From contig CAYWGE010000001.1 of assembly GCA_964457215.1 (NCBI GenBank), forward strand, positions 1 through 36,929: a stretch of 36,929 nt of DNA, written 5' to 3'. The position numbers were made by a program, and so were the translations under genes. The stretch is from an uncultured Pseudomonadota bacterium (GTDB lineage Bacteria > UBA10199 > JADFYH01). Shown piece by piece: positions 9,016-17,610 of the stretch. The notes below the pieces were generated by a model. That model searched no databases, was not told where the DNA came from, and saw nothing but the letters and a program-made list of their open reading frames with translations. Each line of letters starts with the position of its first letter. Position 1 is the stretch's first letter.

Positions 9016-11076
9016 TCAGGAGGGCGGCTTGAAGGAAAGTTTTACCTCAGAGCCCCTCTTGACCCATTGTCCAGCGGGTGGATCTTGCGACACGCAAACA
9101 CCGGAGCCTTCGACCGTGACTTTTAAGTCTTCAGCTTCCCATTCTTTCAAAACCGTGCGCAAGGCTTTTCCATCACAATCGGGCAAGCGCACGTTGCCTT
9201 CAGAGTACTGAATGGGGATCGTTTCCTCAACCGAGCTCATTTCAAGCTCATTCTTTTCTGGAAGACTGGGCATGTTTGAATGATTTAATTTCTTCGCTTT
9301 CTGCGCTTGAGTTTCTGGAGTTTTTTGATCTTGCTTGGTCAAAATGGTAGGCCCTTTAGTGTAAAGAGGTTTGACTCCCATGTAAGGAAGAACTTGGCGA
9401 ACGATCTCACGGAAAGCGGGTGCAGCTACCACTCCGCCAAAATGACTTCCTTGCGGTTCATTAATCGAAACCAGAACAACAATACGAGGATCATCGGCCG
9501 GCGCGATCCCCGCAAAACTTCCAATGTATCCACTTTGAGAATAGCCTTTTTTACCCTCCACCACTTTTTGAGCGGTTCCCGTTTTTCCTGCCGTGCCATA
9601 TTCTTCGACTTGGGCAGCAGTTCCAGTTCCCCCCGGCCCTACCACTGCTTTCAACATTTCAACTAATTTTCTCGCATTGGCTTTTTGCATCACCTGACGC
9701 ACGATTTTGGGTTCATTATTCACAATGATTTTGCCATTTCCATCCTCTACCCTTTTTACAATGAAGGGCTTCATTAAATATCCTCCATTGGCAATGGCAG
9801 AATAGGCAGTGACAATTTGAATGGGAGTGACGGAAATTCCTTGACCGAAAGCGATGGTACTCATTTGCAAGGTCCCCCAATTGTGCGAAGGAGCCATAAT
9901 TCCTCGAGCCTCTCCCGGTAAATCGATGCCGGTTTTTGTCCCAAAGCCAAACGCCTCGACCGCTTTCGCAAAGGCATCTCGACCAATATACTGCGCAATT
10001 TTGAGGGAACCAATATTACTCGAAACTCGAATAATTTCCGGCAGAGTCATGGCGCCATATTTTCCATGGTCATTGATAGTAAATTTATCAATGCGGTAGG
10101 CACCACCCTCACAATTAAATTTTTGATCAAGACTGACTTTTCCACTTTCAAGAGCAGCCGCCGCGGTAATGGCTTTAAAAATACTTCCTGGTTCAAAACT
10201 ATCGGTAACCGCTCTGTTCTTTGAATATTGCGCATCAAAACTAGAGTATTGATTTGGATCAAAATCAGGATAAGAAGCCATGGCTAAGACTTCGCCGGTC
10301 TTATCATTCATTACTACTGCAATCCCACTTTTTGCCTTCGCTTGCGTCACTGCTTTCGCAAGTTCTTTTTCAGTAATGAACTGAATAGTCTTATCGAGCG
10401 TTAAAATAACTTCATGAAGACTTTCTTTTTCACCCAATAAATCCGGATTATAAGTGCGCCCATGGGCATCTTGGTCTACTATTACCGGCTGCCCACCTGA
10501 TTTAAGATAGGAATCATAAAAAAGCTCTAAACCACCCAATGCGACGGAATCCAACCCAACAGCGCCTAAGATCGTGGCCGCTAATTTTTTATTTGGATAA
10601 AATCTTTTATATTCCTTCACTAATCCCAGATGTTCTTGCTTTAGGCTTTGAACCTTTTGAGATTCTTCATCGGAAATTCGGCGTTTAATCCAAACGAATT
10701 TTTTGTCTTTACTAAAAAGTTTAGAAATTTTTTCTGCATCCATTCCTAAGATCGAAGCAAGTTGACTCGCTAAGGTAGGGGATTCTTGGAGAGCGCTGGG
10801 ATTGGCATAAAGAGAATCGACCTTAATATCCATAGCCAACTCTTCTCCATGCGTATCTAAAATATTTCCGCGCTTAGGCGCTAAAGTCACTTTTTTCTGA
10901 TATTGAGCGCCGGCCAAACGATCAAGTTTATTATTATCTGCCAAGTGGAGCATGAAAGTGCGCCCCATAATCACAGTAAAAAATAGAAAATAGGCGAGTG
11001 CAATTAATAAAATGCGACGTTTAACACGACGTTCCGAAAAAAATCGGGAAGCAACTCGAGGAGGAGTGGGTTTCAT
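9016..11076 (-). CDS. ftsI: Division transpeptidase FtsI/PBP3 (class B PBP) with a C-terminal low-complexity linker and a PASTA-like domain
   Basis: It has an N-terminal TM anchor, the transpeptidase motifs SIFK (SxxK), SSN and KTGT, and a C-terminal ~58 aa resembling PASTA (LPDCDGKALRTVLKEWEAEDLKVTVEGSGVCVSQDPPAGQWVKRGSEVKL). Confidence 0.9.
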   Translation of the reverse strand: MKPTPPRVASRFFSERRVKRRILLIALAYFLFFTVIMGRTFMLHLADNNKLDRLAGAQYQKKVTLAPKRGNILDTHGEELAMDIKVDSLYANPSALQESPTLASQLASILGMDAEKISKLFSKDKKFVWIKRRISDEESQKVQSLKQEHLGLVKEYKRFYPNKKLAATILGAVGLDSVALGGLELFYDSYLKSGGQPVIVDQDAHGRTYNPDLLGEKESLHEVILTLDKTIQFITEKELAKAVTQAKAKSGIAVVMNDKTGEVLAMASYPDFDPNQYSSFDAQYSKNRAVTDSFEPGSIFKAITAAAALESGKVSLDQKFNCEGGAYRIDKFTINDHGKYGAMTLPEIIRVSSNIGSLKIAQYIGRDAFAKAVEAFGFGTKTGIDLPGEARGIMAPSHNWGTLQMSTIAFGQGISVTPIQIVTAYSAIANGGYLMKPFIVKRVEDGNGKIIVNNEPKIVRQVMQKANARKLVEMLKAVVGPGGTGTAAQVEEYGTAGKTGTAQKVVEGKKGYSQSGYIGSFAGIAPADDPRIVVLVSINEPQGSHFGGVVAAPAFREIVRQVLPYMGVKPLYTKGPTILTKQDQKTPETQAQKAKKLNHSNMPSLPEKNELEMSSVEETIPIQYSEGNVRLPDCDGKALRTVLKEWEAEDLKVTVEGSGVCVSQDPPAGQWVKRGSEVKLSFKPPS

Positions 11077-11166
11077 GTAAATTTTTTAGAGAGTGAACGT
11101 TTAAGCCTAAAAAACTCGGTCTTGAATCAAAGTAAAGATTGGTTTTTTGGGCATGAAACGAGAATT

Positions 11167-11760
11167 TTACCTAATTTTTGGATTTCCAGCCAAACTTGCA
11201 AGTTCAGTAATATTCGTATGCTCTACTTTTGCTTGTGTCTTTTTTTGCACGGTTTTCTTTGTATTGCTAAGCTGGTTTTTAGGGGAGGTGGAAGTATTTT
11301 CGGAAATTTTCTGAGAAGATTCTTTTTTATTATTTTTTGCCTGTGCCGCTTTAATATCTTTCTTATTTTTGGGTGTTTCTTCTTTTTTAAGATCTGCCAC
11401 TTGCAGATCCGATAAAGCACTCAAAGTAAAAACCTGTTCTTTGCCAGGTAAATCCATTTGATAATTATTTTTGGCTAAAGCTTCTAAGCGAACCGGGGAT
11501 TTTAGAGTTGCCACTTCTAAGGTAAGTTTTTTGTTTTGCTCAACTAATTCTTCGCGGAGGATATTTTCACGATTGATCTCATAGCCCACATTCACAATTT
11601 GAATGCGAGACCAAATATAAAAAAGAGAGCAAAGAAAAGCTAAGAATACAAAAAAGACAATATAGGTAAATCGTCCTCGACGAAAGGAACTCGCCTTAGG
11701 CGCCACGTGACCTCGGCGAAGCTGAGAAGCGGGTATTCGAATGGATCCGGCGACATGCAT
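11167..11760 (-). CDS. ftsL: FtsL-like division protein: a bitopic coiled-coil protein with a long Lys-rich C-terminal tail
   Basis: It has a single TM segment (FTYIVFFVFLAFLCSLFYIW) followed by a heptad-like region. It lies between rsmH and ftsI, and its start shares 1 nt with the rsmH stop (start codon 11758-11760, stop codon 11760-11762). At 197 aa it is longer than a typical FtsL, and the start is uncertain. Confidence 0.7.
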   Translation of the reverse strand: MHVAGSIRIPASQLRRGHVAPKASSFRRGRFTYIVFFVFLAFLCSLFYIWSRIQIVNVGYEINRENILREELVEQNKKLTLEVATLKSPVRLEALAKNNYQMDLPGKEQVFTLSALSDLQVADLKKEETPKNKKDIKAAQAKNNKKESSQKISENTSTSPKNQLSNTKKTVQKKTQAKVEHTNITELASLAGNPKIR

Positions 11761-12653
11761 TATTTTTTCTCCATTACCCTTAATTTCGCACTGCGTGATC
11801 TGGGGTTACTATTTATTTCGTCTTCAGTGGGTAGAACAGGACGCTTTGTAATTATCTTAAAATTTTCAAATCGGCGGAAACCATGTTTAACCAATCGATC
11901 TTCAAGGGAATGAAAACTAATAATACAAACCCTTCCGCCACTTTTTAAAAATGAAAAATCTAAATTTAAAAACTTCTCAAGATGCTGAAGCTCTTGATTC
12001 ACCGCAATTCTCAAGCCCTGAAATACGCGTGTTGCGGGATGAATTCTGGAAGATCGCGCAAAACGTGCTGGAATCGCTGAGCTTACTAAACGAGCCAATT
12101 CACCCGTAGTTGAGAACGGTTGGGCACGGCGAAAAGCAATGATTTCTCGTGCAATCCGCCGTGAAAACCGTTCTTCCCCAAACTTGTAAAAGATCTCTGC
12201 TAAATCTTTTTCAGAAAACGTGTTTAAAATATCTGCTGCACTCTCTTCACCCGAATCGGGATCCATACGCATGTCTAAAGGTGCATCTTGCAAAAAACTA
12301 AATCCCCGACTTGCCTCATCGATTTGAAAACTCGAAACACCTAAATCGAGGACAATCCCATCAACTTCTTTAATCGAAAGAGACTTTAAAATCTCCGGTA
12401 TATTCGAAAAAACATCATGCACTCCATAAAACGAAACCGGATATTTTTTCAGACGTGCCGTTGTTTGCTCTAAGACTTGCGCATCTCGATCAACTCCTAC
12501 GTAAACACCCTCTCCCATGCGCCTTAGAATCGCCTCAGCATGGCCACCACCGCCCAAAGTCCCATCCACATAACAACCGCGGGGCTTTACCTGCAAAAAG
12601 TCGATCACTTCATTTAAAAGAACCGGAGTGTGGCTTAATGCCATGTTCTCCAA
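11760..12653 (-). CDS. rsmH: 16S rRNA (cytosine1402-N4)-methyltransferase RsmH (MraW)
   Basis: It reads HTPVLLNEV...DGTLGGGGHAE, the classic RsmH N-terminus and SAM motif. The start may instead be the Met 3 codons downstream (12644). Confidence 0.93.
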   Translation of the reverse strand: MENMALSHTPVLLNEVIDFLQVKPRGCYVDGTLGGGGHAEAILRRMGEGVYVGVDRDAQVLEQTTARLKKYPVSFYGVHDVFSNIPEILKSLSIKEVDGIVLDLGVSSFQIDEASRGFSFLQDAPLDMRMDPDSGEESAADILNTFSEKDLAEIFYKFGEERFSRRIAREIIAFRRAQPFSTTGELARLVSSAIPARFARSSRIHPATRVFQGLRIAVNQELQHLEKFLNLDFSFLKSGGRVCIISFHSLEDRLVKHGFRRFENFKIITKRPVLPTEDEINSNPRSRSAKLRVMEKK

Positions 12654-12988
12654 CCCGAACGGAAAGCTAAGACGGCTTCTGGTACTGTGCGAAAATTTTC
12701 AATATAATCCGCCGCTCCCATGAATTTAAAAATACTTCGGGTATAATCGCTCATGCCTGCAAATTTTAAATCCCCATGAAAGCGCTTCAGCTTAAATATT
12801 GCCTCTACTAAGGGAGGAACACTTGAATAGTGAATGTGTTCCACTTCTTTAAAATTCAGGACCATCTTGGTTTTTCGGTTTCGTAATAAAGAAAATAATG
12901 TATGCCCCACTTGTTGCATTTCTTGAGGGCCCAGCTCGCCGTTTAAATCAATGATCGCTACATCTTCATATGCTTTGAGATTCATCAT
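12635..12988 (-). CDS. STAS-domain protein (SpoIIAA/RsbV-like anti-sigma-factor antagonist fold)
   Basis: This 117-aa ORF fits the STAS pattern (..VAIIDLNGEL....MVLNFKEVEHIHYSSVPPLVEA...LKFAGMSDYTRSIF..). It is packed 2 nt after the mraZ stop and overlaps the rsmH start. Confidence 0.65.
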   Translation of the reverse strand: MMNLKAYEDVAIIDLNGELGPQEMQQVGHTLFSLLRNRKTKMVLNFKEVEHIHYSSVPPLVEAIFKLKRFHGDLKFAGMSDYTRSIFKFMGAADYIENFRTVPEAVLAFRSGWRTWH

Positions 12989-12990
12989 AA

Positions 12991-13431
12991 TTAAATTCCT
13001 AAATTCGCCAAATCCAGAGCAGATTCATTGATTTTCAAATGTGATTTTTCAAACTCTTCTGTCCAACGATTCTTCGCCCAAATTTCAATGCGCTGAACCA
13101 TTCCTACAAAAACTACTTCTCGTTCGATTCCTGCATATTCGCGTAGAGAAGGAGGAATCAGAATTCTTCCTTGTTTGTCTAAAGGACATTCCGTTGCTGC
13201 TGAAACAAATGCTCTTTGTAATGCTCTTACTTCGGGCTTAAATTGTGGAAGAGCAGCAACTTTATCTTCAATTTTTTGCCATTCGTTTACTGGATACGCC
13301 CACAAACAATGATCAAAGTTGGTCAAAATTAAACGCTCATCATAGTTGGTCGAAAGCACTTCTCGAAACTTCGAGGGAACAGAGATTCTTCCTTTCACAT
13401 CGATCGTGTTTTCGAACCTACCGCGAAACAT
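12991..13431 (-). CDS. mraZ: Transcriptional regulator MraZ
   Basis: It reads MFRGRFENTIDVKGRISVPSKFREVL and has a second SpoVT/AbrB-like half (DKQGRILIPPSLREYAGI). It is the first gene of the dcw cluster. Confidence 0.93.
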   Translation of the reverse strand: MFRGRFENTIDVKGRISVPSKFREVLSTNYDERLILTNFDHCLWAYPVNEWQKIEDKVAALPQFKPEVRALQRAFVSAATECPLDKQGRILIPPSLREYAGIEREVVFVGMVQRIEIWAKNRWTEEFEKSHLKINESALDLANLGI

Positions 13432-13583
13432 TTTGATCGGGGGGCTAGCACGCCAATCCCCCCCGCGCCCCCTTGGACTCGCTCGATCCGAATAATCGGA
13501 TCTCGCTTATTCAAAGCGTACGCAGATGAAACAGCAGCAATTTCCCCCACCTCGATTTTAAGCAGACCAATTTCTGCTTATTT

Positions 13584-13637
13584 GCCACTTTTTCCCACTT
13601 TATTGGTCAATTATCCCACTTTCACGATAAGTGTCAA
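13584..13637 (-). promoter_or_regulatory. Candidate dcw promoter with overlapping and downstream MraZ-box direct repeats
   Basis: The minus strand reads TTGACA (13637-13632), a 16-nt spacer, then GATAAT (13615-13610). The boxes are AGTGGGA (13620-13614), AAAGTGGGA (13601-13593) and AAAGTGGC (13591-13584). The last two have a 10-nt period, matching the published AAAGTG[G/T]/GTGGG MraZ operator pattern. Confidence 0.6.
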
Positions 13638-13736
13638 TAGAGGAAAAGAAAAATTCCCACCAAATAATCGAAAAAAGACGTGAGAGATTAGAGGAAGGGT
13701 TAGCTTGAATGAAAATTGCAAATGATAGATGAGGTG

Positions 13737-15755
13737 CTAACGATACAGACTGGAATAACTCCAATAATTTCGGAGCACGAGCTTCACATAGAGGTTGGTT
13801 TCAGAAAAAGGAATTTCTTCGATAAATTCATCTAAAGGTAAATTACCAAACTGGGCATTCCATTGCGGAGGGCGCCCTGGGCCCGCATTATAACCCGCAA
13901 TCATCGAGACCCAATTTCCATTAAATCTTGATAACAAAGCTGCAAGTTCTGCGGAGCCTAATTCAATATTCTTAGCTGGGTCAAACAAATCGCCCATCGA
14001 GATCCCGGCATTTTTCGCACGCGCTCGCGCTGTAGCAGGAAGAAGTTGCATGAGACCCTGCGCATTGGCCGAAGAAACGATCCAGGGTTGAAAGGCAGAT
14101 TCTTGGCGCATCAACCCTATAATCAAGTAAGGAGAAAGCGAAAATTCGCGCGAACCATGATAAACCAAACTTTTAAATGCAAAGGGGAATTGAAACGTAT
14201 TTCGGTAAGTCTCAGCCTCCGAAGAGTTCACAAAGATTGTTTTTACTTTATCCCAATAACGCTGTGCCAAAAATACTGGGAGCGAATAAGCCTCTGTCTT
14301 TTTAGAAGCTTCTAAAATTCGAAAAATATCGGACGGGTTTGACGCATTTTGCTCAAGAGAAGCGGCTAATTCATTTGTCGATTGCTTTCCCAAACCTTGT
14401 CGATAAAGCGCTTCAGCTTTCGCCCAATGATAGTTCCATGGGCTGATTTCTTTTCCTTTTTCTCGCAGAGCCGATTGAATAGAAGGTGTATTTTTGGAAT
14501 TTTTCCACTCCGAAGGAACATCGGGCGTCTCTGAAATCTCTTTGGAATTTTTTATTTTTTTGAGCGCCATGAAACCATAATAACTATAGGGGCCAGCTGT
14601 CACTGCTTGTGAAAAATAGTCAGTGGATTTTTTGTGATCGCCCTGTTTTTCAAAACTTCTACCCAACCAATACAAGCCTTTGGCTTGAGTCGGAAAATCG
14701 GTTGCCCCTTTTTGAAGGGCTTCTAAAAAAAACTGAGCTTCTTTAAAATCATCTTGCCGATACGCTTTCCAAGCCACAGCCCACAAGGCTTTATCTCTGA
14801 AATTTCCTTTTGAGTAATTTTGAGAAAACTGACGCGCTAGGTTTTTTGCTTCGGCAAAATCTCCCGAATCCAACGCCATTTTCACTAAACGAAATTGCCC
14901 TTCTTCGGCTTCTATGGATCCTGGAAATTTATTTTGAAGAGCTTGATAGGAATTTTTTGCCTGCCCTTCTTTCCCAGCCTTCTCTTCATTTTGCGCCAAT
15001 AAATAGAGCGCTTTTTTCTGAAGATCTCCGGATAAAGAATCTACCATCCCTAACTGGGCCTCTGCATCAGCATAACGCTTGAGTGTATACAGACATTCTG
15101 CCTTTTTAAGTTTGGACTCCGAATCTAGGGAGCCCGCTTCTGCATAAGCAGCAAGGGCAAGCGAACAATTCTTATTTTCTGCAAAACGGTCTGCGCGCCG
15201 AGCTAAATCTTCTGGTGAAAGATTAATTCCTAAGTTACTCAGCTGACTTTGCGCTAATTTTGCCTCATCTACAAAAGGATATTCTATAAACACTTCTTTA
15301 AAATGCTTTATAGCCGCTTCTTTCTCACCTAAGGCCTGTTCGGCTAATGCTAAAGCATAGCTAGCCTCTCCTTTTGCCACGTCATTCATTTGTGGTAAAT
15401 TTTCGTTTACCCATTTCTTTGTTCTTTCGTTTTCCCCTTTTTGCTGAAGCGCCAGGGCTAAAGCTCCACGGGCAGAGGGCGCAAAAACACTTTCGGGTTC
15501 TTCACGCAAAAGCTCCTCTAAAAGTTTAATCGACTCTTCAAGTTTCCCCTCTTCAAATAAAGAACGACCCACGGCCCAAGCATAATAATCCCAGAGCGGA
15601 TCTTTCTTCGAAGGAAGAGAATTTTTAAGTAAAGAAAGTGTGCTGGAGTAGTTTTTACTTAAAAAAGCTTCAAAGCCCAATTTCAAATCGGATTTCGCGG
15701 CAAAGGCAGAAGGAGCAAGGAGGAAGAAAACGAGAAACGAAATAATTTTTTTCAT
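13737..15755 (-). CDS. slt: Soluble lytic murein transglycosylase (Slt70-like: superhelical repeat region plus C-terminal SLT domain)
   Basis: It has a signal peptide (..LLAPSAFAAK), a long TPR-like helical region, and a C-terminal catalytic region (MRQESAFQP...GLMQLLPATA...AGYNAGPG). Confidence 0.85.
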   Translation of the reverse strand: MKKIISFLVFFLLAPSAFAAKSDLKLGFEAFLSKNYSSTLSLLKNSLPSKKDPLWDYYAWAVGRSLFEEGKLEESIKLLEELLREEPESVFAPSARGALALALQQKGENERTKKWVNENLPQMNDVAKGEASYALALAEQALGEKEAAIKHFKEVFIEYPFVDEAKLAQSQLSNLGINLSPEDLARRADRFAENKNCSLALAAYAEAGSLDSESKLKKAECLYTLKRYADAEAQLGMVDSLSGDLQKKALYLLAQNEEKAGKEGQAKNSYQALQNKFPGSIEAEEGQFRLVKMALDSGDFAEAKNLARQFSQNYSKGNFRDKALWAVAWKAYRQDDFKEAQFFLEALQKGATDFPTQAKGLYWLGRSFEKQGDHKKSTDYFSQAVTAGPYSYYGFMALKKIKNSKEISETPDVPSEWKNSKNTPSIQSALREKGKEISPWNYHWAKAEALYRQGLGKQSTNELAASLEQNASNPSDIFRILEASKKTEAYSLPVFLAQRYWDKVKTIFVNSSEAETYRNTFQFPFAFKSLVYHGSREFSLSPYLIIGLMRQESAFQPWIVSSANAQGLMQLLPATARARAKNAGISMGDLFDPAKNIELGSAELAALLSRFNGNWVSMIAGYNAGPGRPPQWNAQFGNLPLDEFIEEIPFSETNLYVKLVLRNYWSYSSLYR

Positions 15756-15820
15756 GAGTAAAAATTATTTGAATAAGAAGGTTTATTCAAGGGATATTCG
15801 CTTTTAAGGAAAATGGCCTC

Positions 15821-16414
15821 ATGAATATTCTCAGAAAATTTTTTCATTTTTTGAACCACAACAAGATCATCCTCGCCTGTTTCTTTGGCTTTATTGCATT
15901 CACTGCAATAACCGAATGGCAAATGGGCCGACTACCATTGGGGCCGGACGGAAAATTTGGCTGGTGGGATGGGAATATTTGGGGTTCTGAAAATTCTCAA
16001 CGCGTTACGGATGTTTATTCTTTCACACATTTCATCCACGGCATTCTTTTCTATGCATTTTTGTGGCTAATCGCCAAAAAGCTTCCCGTTCGGTTTCGTT
16101 TCTTGCTCGCTACTTTGCTAGAATCACTCTGGGAGATACTCGAAAATTCTTCTTTTATTATTAATCGCTACCGAGAAGTAACCATTTCTCTCGGCTATGT
16201 GGGGGATAGTATTCTGAACTCCTGCAGTGACATCGTCATGATGGCGCTGGGATTTTTATTTGCTTACCGCGCGCGTACTTGGATGAGTGTTGCGATCATC
16301 CTCCTCCTGGAAATAATTTGCCTTTTCTGGGTGAGAGACAATTTGACGCTCAATCTCGTGATGCTCATTCATCCGAGTGATGCTCTGAAAGCCTGGCAAT
16401 CGGCTGGACATTAA
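15821..16414 (+). CDS. DUF2585/UPF0314-family integral membrane protein
   Basis: This ~197-aa protein has 4-5 TM segments. The motif SENSQRVTDVYSFTHFIHGILFY resembles the family signature as I recall it. Confidence 0.6.
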   Translation: MNILRKFFHFLNHNKIILACFFGFIAFTAITEWQMGRLPLGPDGKFGWWDGNIWGSENSQRVTDVYSFTHFIHGILFYAFLWLIAKKLPVRFRFLLATLLESLWEILENSSFIINRYREVTISLGYVGDSILNSCSDIVMMALGFLFAYRARTWMSVAIILLLEIICLFWVRDNLTLNLVMLIHPSDALKAWQSAGH

Positions 16415-16438
16415 TTTTTAGTATAATCTAGCAAAAAA

Positions 16439-16467
16439 GGGGCAAAATAAAAAATTTGCCTTCTTTC
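16439..16467 (+). terminator. Possible intrinsic terminator after the DUF2585 gene
   Basis: The stem GGCAAA (16441-16446) pairs with TTTGCC (16455-16460) around an 8-nt loop and is followed by TTCTTTC. The stem is short. Confidence 0.35.
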
Positions 16468-16490
16468 ATATCTCTTGTCAAAATTCCAAA

Positions 16491-17609
16491 ATGCTTTCTT
16501 CTCAAACACTGCTTAAATTTTTCTCTTTTTTTATTTTTTTAATCCTTTTCTACCTTCCCTTTCACGCCCAAGCACAAACTTACAAAGTAGGAGTGGGAGA
16601 CGAGAACCGATTTGTCATGCGTAATGACGATGGTTCTTACACTGGCTTTGAGATTGAATTGTGGAAGGAAATCGCCAAGCAACTCAATATTCAATATGAA
16701 TTTCAAGATGTGAAACTTTTTCCAATGCTTTTAGAAGATTTAAAAACAGACAAAGTCGATTTCGGACTTTGGATGATGACGATTGATCGTGCGCGTTCCG
16801 AATATGTTCGATTTACCTACCCTTATTTTGTTTCGAGCCTTGCCATTTTAACGCCCGCAAAAGGGCACACGTTTGGAATACTCATTCGCCCAATTTTTAA
16901 ACCCATGGTGTTACGACTCATCTTAACGATTTTTATCATCATGTTCATTTTTGGAAATGTTTTGTGGGTCACTGAGCAAGGCCCTAACTCCATTATTTCA
17001 AAAAAATATTTCCCCGGAATCTTTCAGGCCATGTGGTGCACTTTTGCGATTCAAAGTACGATTGGCTTTGGTGATATCATCCCTAGGCGCTGGATTGCCC
17101 GCCTTCTCTCCATTCCTATTTGGATTTGCGGACTTTTACTCGTGGCCGTGATAACCGCTCAACTCTTAACCAATTATACAAGCGAGATCTATCATTCCCC
17201 CATTCGGGATTATCGGGATTTAAGCGGGAAAGTGGTGGCAAGTGTGGCGGGAACAAGTGCCGTCGAAACCATTGATACTTTAGGAGTCAAAAAATTGATT
17301 ACGGTGCCCCACGAAAATGATCTAGAAGCACTCTATCCTCGTCTAGAGAGCGGCGAAATTGATGCAATCGTGTTTGATTATACCTATCTCTTTGATCTGA
17401 AGGACACTCTTAAAAAGAAAGGCAAAAATCCATTTTTGGTTTCCGATCGCTTTCACCAACAATTCTACGCAATCGCCATGAACAAAAAATTGGCGGATGC
17501 CAACCCTGAACTTTTTGAAAAAATTAATTTGAAGATTTTAGAACTCAGCGACAACGGTTTTATCCATCAGCTTCATTTGAAGTGGTTTGGGAATCTAGAC
17601 ATTCAATAA
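16491..17609 (+). CDS. GluR0-like ligand-gated potassium channel: a periplasmic substrate-binding domain split by a 2-TM K+ channel pore
   Basis: It has a signal peptide, then an SBP lobe (YKVGVGDENRFVMRNDDGSYTGFEIELWKEIA..). This is followed by TM1, a pore helix and filter TIGFGD (17058-17075), TM2, and a second SBP lobe (..KVVASVAGTSAVETI..IDAIVFDY..). Confidence 0.75.
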   Translation: MLSSQTLLKFFSFFIFLILFYLPFHAQAQTYKVGVGDENRFVMRNDDGSYTGFEIELWKEIAKQLNIQYEFQDVKLFPMLLEDLKTDKVDFGLWMMTIDRARSEYVRFTYPYFVSSLAILTPAKGHTFGILIRPIFKPMVLRLILTIFIIMFIFGNVLWVTEQGPNSIISKKYFPGIFQAMWCTFAIQSTIGFGDIIPRRWIARLLSIPIWICGLLLVAVITAQLLTNYTSEIYHSPIRDYRDLSGKVVASVAGTSAVETIDTLGVKKLITVPHENDLEALYPRLESGEIDAIVFDYTYLFDLKDTLKKKGKNPFLVSDRFHQQFYAIAMNKKLADANPELFEKINLKILELSDNGFIHQLHLKWFGNLDIQ

Positions 17610-17610
17610 A

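Noticed and set aside
11873-11883. An 11-mer, GGCGGAAACCA, shared with the conserved leader tail at 34531-34541.
   Set aside because: It lies inside the rsmH coding sequence and the similarity does not extend on either side, so I treat it as a chance match.
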